Assembly (NCBI GenBank): GCA_038317375.1
Contig: JBBQBM010000001.1
Span: forward strand, 1,447 to 65,446
From: Candidatus Saccharimonadales bacterium
GTDB lineage: Bacteria; Patescibacteriota; Saccharimonadia; Saccharimonadales; JAGQMS01
Direction of reading: 5' to 3'
Length of the DNA: 64,000 nucleotides
Shown here: positions 52,386 through 59,384 of the stretch, one piece after another
How the letters are laid out: every line of letters begins with the position of its first letter
Position numbering within the stretch: position 1 is the stretch's first letter
The notes under the pieces: model-generated
What the model saw: only the letters and a program-made list of their open reading frames with translations
Databases searched by the model: none
What the model was told of the DNA's origin: nothing
Translations under genes and position numbers: made by a program

Positions 52386-53474
52386 ATGGCAAAACGAGAT
52401 TACTACGAAGTTTTAGGTGTCGGTAAGCAAGCATCGGCCGACGAGATAAAGAAAGCCTATCGCAAGGCTGCTATTGAACATCACCCCGATAAAGGAGGTG
52501 ACGAGGCCAAGTTCAAAGAAGTTGGCGAAGCCTACGAAGTTTTGAGTAATTCCGACAAAAGAAAACGTTACGACCAATTTGGTCATGCTGGGCTTGGCGG
52601 TGCCTCATCTGGCGGCACTGGAGGTTTCGGTGGTCAAGGTCAGGATACGCACTTTGACTTTGGTGATTTAGGCCTCGGCGATATCTTCTCGAGCTTTTTT
52701 GGGGGTGGTGCCCAGCATCAATCTAACCGCCAAACTAGGGGTCGTGATGTCGAAACATCTGTGGAGCTCGATTTTGACAAAGCAGTTTTTGGGACAGATA
52801 TCGACTTACGCCTTGAGCTCGAGGACAACTGTTCGCACTGCAAAGGCACGACTGCTGAACCTGGCCACGACCTAAAAACCTGCGAAACTTGCAAAGGTGC
52901 AGGCCAAGTAATGAATGTCACTCGAACTGTTTTTGGCAATATCCAACAAGCCAGTGTTTGCCCAACCTGTCATGGTAAAGGCAAAGTGCCAGAGAAGGTT
53001 TGCTCTGTCTGTCACGGTAGGGGTACTCAGCGTAAAGAGCAAAAGGTATCACTAAAAATTCCAGCTGGCATCGATGACGGGGCTACTATTCGCTTGCGTG
53101 AACATGGCGAGGCGATTGCTAACGGCCCAAAAGGCGACTTGTTCGTGAATATACGAGTCAAACCACACAAAAAGTTCATAAGAGAAGGCGATCTTATTCT
53201 AAGCGAACAGAATATCGACATGGTTGATGCCGCGTTAGGTACAGAAATTGAGGTCGAAACCGTCGACGGTATGGTCAAAATGAAGATTCCCGCCGGCACC
53301 CAGAGCGGTAGTGACTTTAAATTGTCTGGCCACGGTGTGCCACATATAAAGGGTGATTCTCGTGGCGCACACATAGTAGCGATTACTGTCGACACACCAG
53401 CAAAACTGTCTAAACATCAGCAGGAACTTCTTAAAGACTTCAAGAATGAAAAAAGCAGAGGCATTTTCGGTTAA
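52386..53474 (+). CDS. dnaJ: molecular chaperone DnaJ
   Basis: J domain with HPD, G/F region and four CxxCxGxG zinc-finger repeats. Confidence 0.95.
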   Translation: MAKRDYYEVLGVGKQASADEIKKAYRKAAIEHHPDKGGDEAKFKEVGEAYEVLSNSDKRKRYDQFGHAGLGGASSGGTGGFGGQGQDTHFDFGDLGLGDIFSSFFGGGAQHQSNRQTRGRDVETSVELDFDKAVFGTDIDLRLELEDNCSHCKGTTAEPGHDLKTCETCKGAGQVMNVTRTVFGNIQQASVCPTCHGKGKVPEKVCSVCHGRGTQRKEQKVSLKIPAGIDDGATIRLREHGEAIANGPKGDLFVNIRVKPHKKFIREGDLILSEQNIDMVDAALGTEIEVETVDGMVKMKIPAGTQSGSDFKLSGHGVPHIKGDSRGAHIVAITVDTPAKLSKHQQELLKDFKNEKSRGIFG

Positions 53475-53495
53475 AAAGCGCTAGAATATCTCTAA

Positions 53496-53606
53496 ATGCA
53501 TAAAAATAAAAAACAAGAAGGCTTTGTTACTTTGATATTGGTGCTAGCGGTTGTCTTGGTAGGAGCTGTAGCTGTAGCGTTTGTCCGCGTAAAGGCCCGT
53601 CAATAG
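53496..53606 (+). CDS. possible 36-aa single-TM peptide
   Basis: MHKNKKQEGFVTLILVLAVVLVGAVAVAFVRVKARQ; no obvious RBS; below the ORF-track cutoff. Confidence 0.3.
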   Translation: MHKNKKQEGFVTLILVLAVVLVGAVAVAFVRVKARQ

Positions 53607-53607
53607 A

Positions 53608-53636
53608 TTGACAATAACAGATTAATTTGGTATAAT
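53608..53636 (+). promoter_or_regulatory. consensus sigma70 promoter driving a leaderless mRNA
   Basis: TTGACA, 17 nt, TATAAT; the ATG at 53644 is 7 nt after the -10 box. Confidence 0.75.
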
Positions 53637-53643
53637 ACTACGC

Positions 53644-54258
53644 ATGAATACGCCTAACCACCCAAGTAATATTTCATCAGACCGACCAGTTGACCCAGGT
53701 GATTTAAAAATCATGCCCGAAACAATGCTTTCACCTGGTGAGATGCTCAATTTATCAGTAGAATTGCTGGCTAACTTTGAGGAAAAGTACCCTGAGATTG
53801 GTGCCATCCCTGTAGAAATCTACCCTGAGGCGGAAGGCTTTAACTCACAGTTAGAGGGACTAAGAATTTATACCCCAGGTGTCGGCGATCGACCATTATT
53901 TGATCCAACCAAAAGACCGGCTACCAAAGATCAGACACCAGAAAACACACCGCCAAAGGATTTTGCTACTTGGTTTGTTCAGTGTTTCGGAAAGACAGTC
54001 ACTATGCGTGCGCGTGCGCTACATGAACTACCCGAACCAGAAGATCTTCAACACAAGAAAGTACCTAGGTTGGTGAGAGAATTTTTAACCGCCAAAGATA
54101 GTGATGCTAAAACGTACGCTATGCTTAATTTAAGCAAGGTAATTGCGCACAATACCGGTCTTGAGATTGACGACGAAAGAACAGTTCAGGTAATAAGTGC
54201 CCATATCTGGCTGATTAATAAACTAAGTGCAGTTATCGCACAAGTCGAGGCAAGATAA
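53644..54258 (+). CDS. hypothetical protein
   Basis: 204 aa with a Pro-rich middle; no family recognised. Own promoter and terminator. Confidence 0.6.
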   Translation: MNTPNHPSNISSDRPVDPGDLKIMPETMLSPGEMLNLSVELLANFEEKYPEIGAIPVEIYPEAEGFNSQLEGLRIYTPGVGDRPLFDPTKRPATKDQTPENTPPKDFATWFVQCFGKTVTMRARALHELPEPEDLQHKKVPRLVREFLTAKDSDAKTYAMLNLSKVIAHNTGLEIDDERTVQVISAHIWLINKLSAVIAQVEAR

Positions 54259-54261
54259 TAG

Positions 54262-54297
54262 ATTTTTAGGCTTCTGCCTAAAAATGTTTGTTTATTT
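54262..54297 (+). terminator. intrinsic terminator
   Basis: ATTTTTAGGC-TTCT-GCCTAAAAAT followed by GTTTGTTTATTT. Confidence 0.7.
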
Positions 54298-54312
54298 AAG
54301 GAGGGACAGACG

Positions 54313-55230
54313 ATGAAAGACGTACTGGTATTCTTTAGTTTTAGGAAGCACAAGACTGGCTATTACCGGACTTTGTTCAAGCTGCTAAGCGCCGAGGCGT
54401 CAAAGCACGACCTAAAACTCTCTCAGGGATCTTTAAAAGACCTGCATATCCAGATTATTGAAAATCAAATGACGGTAACCGAGTCTATGACCGGACGGCG
54501 ATTAGATGACTTTGACGCGACTTATTTCGAATTATGGTACAAGGCACAGCAACAGGCGCTAGCGGCTGCACTTTATCTGACACGTAAGAATAAACAATTC
54601 ATCGGCCGCGAACTACTAGTTTCTATGCCAATCACAAAGATAGGCGAGATGGCTAAGATGGCCGATAATGATATTCCGCTTCCAAACACCTTTATGTCTA
54701 GTTCAAGAGAAATACTTAAAGTGTTTGAGAAGAATCCACCAATCGATTTCCCGATTATAGTTAAGTCTGCTGAAGGCTATGGAGGAAATGATAATTATTT
54801 AGTTAAGGATTACGCCACATTAAAGAAGACATTAGAAGAAAATAAAGGCATTGATTTTGTTGTTCAGGAGTTCATTCCTAACGATAGAGATTATCGGTGT
54901 TTAGTATTCGGCGGTGAGGTAAAACTTGTTTTAGAACGCAAGCGTTCGCCTGAGAATAGTACTCACTTGAACAATACGTCTCAGGGCGCCGAAGGAACTA
55001 TCGTCCCACTCTCAACATTGTCCGCGGAGTCAATTCAGAGTGTTTTAAGTGCTGCGAAGGTTCTAGGGCGAGATGAGTTCTGTGGGGCTGACTTAATGTT
55101 CGATATGAAGACCGGAGAGCACTATATCCTTGAGGTTAACCAGACGCCGCAAATCGAGATTGGGGCTTCTACAGACCAAAAGATGGCAGCGCTTTTAAAC
55201 TACCTAAAGAAGCTAGCGGGAGAGCAGTAA
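54313..55230 (+). CDS. RimK-like ATP-grasp ligase, paralog 1
   Basis: RBS AAGGAGGG. ..PIIVKSAEGYGG.., VVQEFIP..RDYRCLVFGG, ..THLNNTSQGAEG.., GADLMFD...HYILEVNQTP. Confidence 0.8.
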   Translation: MKDVLVFFSFRKHKTGYYRTLFKLLSAEASKHDLKLSQGSLKDLHIQIIENQMTVTESMTGRRLDDFDATYFELWYKAQQQALAAALYLTRKNKQFIGRELLVSMPITKIGEMAKMADNDIPLPNTFMSSSREILKVFEKNPPIDFPIIVKSAEGYGGNDNYLVKDYATLKKTLEENKGIDFVVQEFIPNDRDYRCLVFGGEVKLVLERKRSPENSTHLNNTSQGAEGTIVPLSTLSAESIQSVLSAAKVLGRDEFCGADLMFDMKTGEHYILEVNQTPQIEIGASTDQKMAALLNYLKKLAGEQ

Positions 55231-56609
55231 TGAAAAAAACCACACCAAAAGTTTTAGTTGTTTTTTCTGAACGACGTAGCGAGAACAGTACTTGGTTTGG
55301 CGGGTTTGTAAAGAGGCTTCAGAAGCGGCCGGGACTTGAGGGTGTTGACATTGATTATGTTGCGCTTGAGGATTTGATATTTGAGATAAAAGATAATAAG
55401 CCAAGCATTTTCGACATTCGGACAGAGAAATACATCAAAGATTATACTTGGGCATATTTCAAGCGTTGGATGAGTATGCCGGTCGAGGCGGCATCGCTAG
55501 CTATATTTCTGCAAGCGAACGGAGTACCATTTGCTGATAACTTAGTACTGACTGGCGTAAATGACGGCAAGCTTGCTTCTCAGTTTTTGTTTTGGGAAAA
55601 AGGAGTGCCGGTTCCTAACTCATATTACTGCGCATCGAAACACATAGGACTTATCTTAAAGCGGACCAAGCTTCCCTTTCCGGTGGTAGTTAAAGACATT
55701 GAGGGCCAAAAGGGCAGAATGAACTTCCTGGCTCGCAATAATAAGGAAGTCCTAAAGATTTATAGTGAAAATCCAGAGATTAAATTTATAATCCAAGAAT
55801 TCATTCCAAACAAATTTGACTGGCGGATACAGGTGTATGGTGGCCAGGCAGTTGTGGGCTATAAAAGGGTCGGCAAGAAGGGTAGCCACCTTAATAATGA
55901 ATCAACTGGCGGTACGTCATACCTAGTACCGCTGAATAAAATACCAACAAAAGTTTTGGAGCTTGCAGAGTTAGCGGCTGATGCGGTCGGACTTCAAGTT
56001 TCTGGAGTCGACGTACTCCCAAATCTTAAAAGCACTAAACACGTCGTCCTGGAGGCAAACCAAGGTTCACAAATTGTGACAGGCGATATTTCTGGTGAGA
56101 ATGTAGTTTGCATAGATGAATTTAATAAATATGTAACTCGAATGGCAAAGTCGCGAATCAAAGAAAATAAATATCTGCCTCGCAACAAGCTTCAAATAGT
56201 TGGATTGCACGAAGTTGTCGACCTAATAGAGCTTGGAATGTTTAATGCTCATGCTAAGGTTGATACAGGGGCTTATCGTTGCTCTATTCACGCTACAAAT
56301 ATTAAGGTCATAAAACGGGGCGGTAAAGAAGTACTACAATTTAGCGTTCCAGAGATAGCCAGGAAGGGCGTGTCTGAGGGCGAGCTAAGGCACGAGACAG
56401 AAGAGTTTTATGCTATGCCTGTTCGGAAGTCTGCAACCCACATCGAAAATAGGTACATAATCAAGACTAGGCTACGTATGGGAGGTCGAACATTTATAGC
56501 CTCCTTCAATCTTACGAATCGGGGGTCGATGAGATTTCCGATTCTGATTGGGCGTCGAGTCTTGAGTGGAAGGTTTTTAGTTAACACAGCATTAAGTACA
56601 AAGGAATAA
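55230..56609 (+). CDS. RimK-like ATP-grasp ligase, paralog 2, fused to a C-terminal retropepsin-like (DUF785 / putative ATP-dependent zinc protease family) domain
   Basis: TAATG overlap with paralog 1. ATP-grasp motifs (VVVKDIEGQKG, IIQEFIP..FDWRIQVYGG, SHLNNESTGG, GVDVLP...VVLEANQGS). C-terminal ..AKVDTGAYRCSIHA...FPILIGRRVL. Confidence 0.8.
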   Translation: MKKTTPKVLVVFSERRSENSTWFGGFVKRLQKRPGLEGVDIDYVALEDLIFEIKDNKPSIFDIRTEKYIKDYTWAYFKRWMSMPVEAASLAIFLQANGVPFADNLVLTGVNDGKLASQFLFWEKGVPVPNSYYCASKHIGLILKRTKLPFPVVVKDIEGQKGRMNFLARNNKEVLKIYSENPEIKFIIQEFIPNKFDWRIQVYGGQAVVGYKRVGKKGSHLNNESTGGTSYLVPLNKIPTKVLELAELAADAVGLQVSGVDVLPNLKSTKHVVLEANQGSQIVTGDISGENVVCIDEFNKYVTRMAKSRIKENKYLPRNKLQIVGLHEVVDLIELGMFNAHAKVDTGAYRCSIHATNIKVIKRGGKEVLQFSVPEIARKGVSEGELRHETEEFYAMPVRKSATHIENRYIIKTRLRMGGRTFIASFNLTNRGSMRFPILIGRRVLSGRFLVNTALSTKE

Positions 56610-56610
56610 T

Positions 56611-57516
56611 ATGAATATAGTAATTTTATCTAAAGGTTCGGGTAACTACACAACCAAGAGGCTAAAAGAGGTAGCACAACTTCGCGGACATAAGGTTCGG
56701 GTTATTAACTATGCCAAATGTTATATGACGGTCGAGAAGGGCAATCCGGTAGTTATGTATAAGGGTCAGCCGATCGAAGACATTGATGCGATCATACCTA
56801 GAATCGCACAGAGCCTTACAAAATATGGTACGGCAGTAGTCCGTCAATTTGAAATGAAGGGTGTCTTCACAACCGCGAGCTCAATTGCTATTAATAGGAC
56901 GCGCGATAAACTTCGCGCCTATCAACTTCTTGCGAAATACGGTATTGGAGTCCCGAAGACGGTGTTTGCCCGTGAGACTGCCGATTTTGATGATGTTTTA
57001 GAACTTGCCGGAGGTGCACCGGTAATTATCAAAGTCGCTCGTGGAACACACGGTAATGGTGTAGTGCTTGCTGAAACGCGCAAAGCCGCCAAAGCTGTAA
57101 TGCAGGCATTCTTTGTAGAGAGTGTGAGCTTTGTTGTGCAGGAATATATTGCAGAATCGGCCGGCAGCGACATCCGGGCACTAGTTGTTGGTGGACGCGT
57201 CGTAGCAAGCGTTAAACGACAGAGTCTTGACGACGACTTTAGGTCGAATACTCACCAAGGTGGAGTCGGTCAAAAGGTTCAGTTGACGCCAGAAGAAGAA
57301 AAGGTAGCAGTTCGGGCAGCCAAAGCTATGGGACTCCCTATTTGTGGCGTTGATATGATGCGATCTGAACGCGGTCCTCTAGTGCTTGAGGTTAACTCGT
57401 CTGCTAGTCTAAAGACACCAGAAAGAATAACTAAGCGTGATGTTGCTACGCAAATAATTGAATATGTCGAAAGAAATGCTAAACAAAAAAATCGTAAGGA
57501 CAAGATCGGCGCCTAG
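56611..57516 (+). CDS. rimK: RimK family alpha-L-glutamate ligase (ribosomal protein S6 modification type)
   Basis: Canonical RimK pattern: VIIKVARGTHGNGVVLAE, VVQEYI....DIRALVVGGRV, FRSNTHQGG, CGVDMM....PLVLEVNSS. Confidence 0.88.
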   Translation: MNIVILSKGSGNYTTKRLKEVAQLRGHKVRVINYAKCYMTVEKGNPVVMYKGQPIEDIDAIIPRIAQSLTKYGTAVVRQFEMKGVFTTASSIAINRTRDKLRAYQLLAKYGIGVPKTVFARETADFDDVLELAGGAPVIIKVARGTHGNGVVLAETRKAAKAVMQAFFVESVSFVVQEYIAESAGSDIRALVVGGRVVASVKRQSLDDDFRSNTHQGGVGQKVQLTPEEEKVAVRAAKAMGLPICGVDMMRSERGPLVLEVNSSASLKTPERITKRDVATQIIEYVERNAKQKNRKDKIGA

Positions 57517-57943
57517 ACTTGTTCTCGCAGTTGGTATGGTCTTGGTTGGGGTAGGGCTTGTGGCGTTTGGTTTGGGTGGAGTTTTAGAAAAGAAAGTCTA
57601 TATCCGTACGCCTAAAATGCTTATTAGAGCCGAGGTTTCTGATGACCAAACAGAACGAACCTTAGGACTGTCGGGGAGGGATAACTTGAGTGGTGGCAGG
57701 GCGATGCTGTTCGTATTTGACGAACCTGGCACGCACGGTATTTGGATGAAAGGTATGAAGTTTCCGATTGATATTGTTTGGCTGGATAAGAATAAAAGGG
57801 TAGTAACAATCGTGCCTAATGTTCAGGCAGCAAGTTACCCCAAGGTATTTGAGCCAAGCGAGCCCTCGCTTTATGTGATTGAATTTGCTTCTGGAAGATC
57901 TTCGGAGTTAGGGATAAAAACCAATCAAATACTTCATTGGTAG
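57458..57943 (+). CDS. DUF192 domain protein (membrane anchored)
   Basis: GLSGRDNL..GRAMLFVFDEPG..GIWMKGMKFPIDIVWLD is the DUF192 signature. Overlaps the rimK end; the real start may be 57464 or 57476. Confidence 0.75.
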   Translation: MNMSKEMLNKKIVRTRSAPRLVLAVGMVLVGVGLVAFGLGGVLEKKVYIRTPKMLIRAEVSDDQTERTLGLSGRDNLSGGRAMLFVFDEPGTHGIWMKGMKFPIDIVWLDKNKRVVTIVPNVQAASYPKVFEPSEPSLYVIEFASGRSSELGIKTNQILHW

Positions 57944-58453
57944 GTGTATCATAAGTTCATGAATGCTTACGTTTTAATTGCCATAATTGGTGGAGTGATT
58001 GGTATCTTGCCAATTGTTTGGCGCTCTAAAGGCACCTACGTCTTCCTGTTATTGTGTGCTGGAAGTTTGTTGAGTGCTTCGGTCAGTGGGTCGCTTGTCA
58101 GCGAGATACGTAGCGCTGCGTCAACCGAAAACATCCCTGTTCAAAACATCGTGCAAGGAGTTTTATTACTCCTGCCGGCGGTGCTGGCAATACTTATAAG
58201 CCGGGGCTCTGTTAAGAAAAAGAAGGCGCCCTTTCATCTACTGCCTTCGCTAGCGGCTGGAGTATTAGCCTATCTATGGTTTATTAGAGTTTTACCGTTC
58301 GATCAATTCTCGAGATTCGAAAACGCCGAGGTCACCCAACAACTTATGCGAATACGTGATACCGCCCTAGTGGCTGGGATTTTAAGTAGTATCGCGTTGG
58401 TATTTGTTGAGAAACCAAAACCCGACGAACTTGATTCAAAGAAAAAGAAATAG
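57944..58453 (+). CDS. hypothetical multi-pass membrane protein
   Basis: GTG start abutting the DUF192 stop (alternative ATG at 57959); four or five TM helices. Confidence 0.55.
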   Translation: MYHKFMNAYVLIAIIGGVIGILPIVWRSKGTYVFLLLCAGSLLSASVSGSLVSEIRSAASTENIPVQNIVQGVLLLLPAVLAILISRGSVKKKKAPFHLLPSLAAGVLAYLWFIRVLPFDQFSRFENAEVTQQLMRIRDTALVAGILSSIALVFVEKPKPDELDSKKKK

Positions 58454-58511
58454 CCCGAGACTAGTGTTGGTTGACTTTTGTTGTCAAAAATAAGATAATC
58501 ACCTCTGTTCC

Positions 58512-58588
58512 GGGTCCGTAGCTCAGCTGGTTAGAGCACCTGCCTTTTAAGCAGGGTGTCATGGGTTCAAGTCCCATCGGACCCTCCA
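58512..58588 (+). tRNA. tRNA-Lys (UUU)
   Basis: GGGTCCGTAGCTCAGCTGGTTAGAGC..CTTTTAA..GGTTCAAGTCCCAT CGGACCC T CCA. Confidence 0.92.
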
Positions 58589-58596
58589 AAACTAAC

Positions 58597-58625
58597 GCCC
58601 CACTCAAATGTGGGGCTTTTGTTTT
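58597..58625 (+). terminator. intrinsic terminator after tRNA-Lys
   Basis: GCCCCA-CTCAAATG-TGGGGC followed by TTTTGTTTT. Confidence 0.75.
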
Positions 58626-58626
58626 G

Positions 58627-58763
58627 GTCGTTCCAATGGATTTGAATTTATGACACGCCAGAAAGGGTGTCGTGGGTGAGAAATGCCTGTGGCATTTAGG
58701 AAACGAATCTTCCGATGCCAACTTGTTGGCAATCGAGAAGTTCGGGGGTCGCGGAACGTGACC
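58627..58763 (+). ncRNA. tRNA-linked multi-hairpin module, copy 2
   Basis: GATTTGAA, GACAC-GCCAGAAAGG-GTGTC, GGTGAGAA, ATGCC-TGT-GGCAT, AAACGAATCTTC, TGCCAA-CTTG-TTGGCA, GAAGTTCGGGGG, GGTCGC-GGAAC-GTGACC. Confidence 0.45.
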
Positions 58764-58783
58764 AAGTCCCATCGGACCCTCCA
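58763..58783 (+). repeat. exact 21-nt duplicate of the tRNA-Lys 3' end
   Basis: CAAGTCCCATCGGACCCTCCA is identical to 58568-58588. Confidence 0.9.
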
Positions 58784-58838
58784 CATTCCTATACGTTAGC
58801 CCTGAAGTCTATTTATTGGGCTATTGTATACTGCAATA

Positions 58839-59309
58839 ATGGATTCATCGCAAAAAGCTAAATACATTATCGAGAACACTGGCATTATGGTTATCGCAAC
58901 GGCCGACAGCACAGGAAAGCCGTGGATATCACCCGTAGGTTTTACGTACGACGATAATCACAATCTATATTGGGTATCGTATAAGAAAGCCCTACACTCC
59001 GAAAATATTGTCGGTAGACCAGAGGTTGCTATTACTATTTTTGGCAAGTTGCCTAGTGGCGATACAGATGGAGTTTATATAGACGCAACGGCTCATGAGT
59101 TAAGGAATGATCCTGAGATTCGACTGGCAATGTCTTTATTTGCCAAAAGACGCCCACAAATTTCTAAATTCACGGTGAATACGGTAAGAGACGTTACTTG
59201 CGATGCGGTATGGAGAATGTATAAAGCTGTCCCTGTGAGTATCTCAAAACGTGCAGACAAAGTAATCGACGGACAGTCGATTACTGTTCGCGAACCGGTG
59301 ACCCTATGA
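58839..59309 (+). CDS. pyridoxamine 5'-phosphate oxidase family (FMN-binding split barrel) protein
   Basis: Trimmed to MDSSQKAKY (TATACT 6 nt upstream). ..MVIATADSTGKPWISPVGF....LYWVS pattern. Confidence 0.7.
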   Translation: MDSSQKAKYIIENTGIMVIATADSTGKPWISPVGFTYDDNHNLYWVSYKKALHSENIVGRPEVAITIFGKLPSGDTDGVYIDATAHELRNDPEIRLAMSLFAKRRPQISKFTVNTVRDVTCDAVWRMYKAVPVSISKRADKVIDGQSITVREPVTL

Positions 59310-59313
59310 TTGA

Positions 59314-59341
59314 AATAATACTTAACATGTTAAGTATTATT
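59314..59341. repeat. palindromic repeat copy 5 (AATAATACTTAACATGTTAAGTATTATT)
   Basis: Identical to the copy at 9888-9915; lies 5 nt after the stop codon at 59307-59309. Confidence 0.85.
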
Positions 59342-59384
59342 TAGTAAGTTTAATTCATTCAGCCGAACTGATATATTTGGAGTA

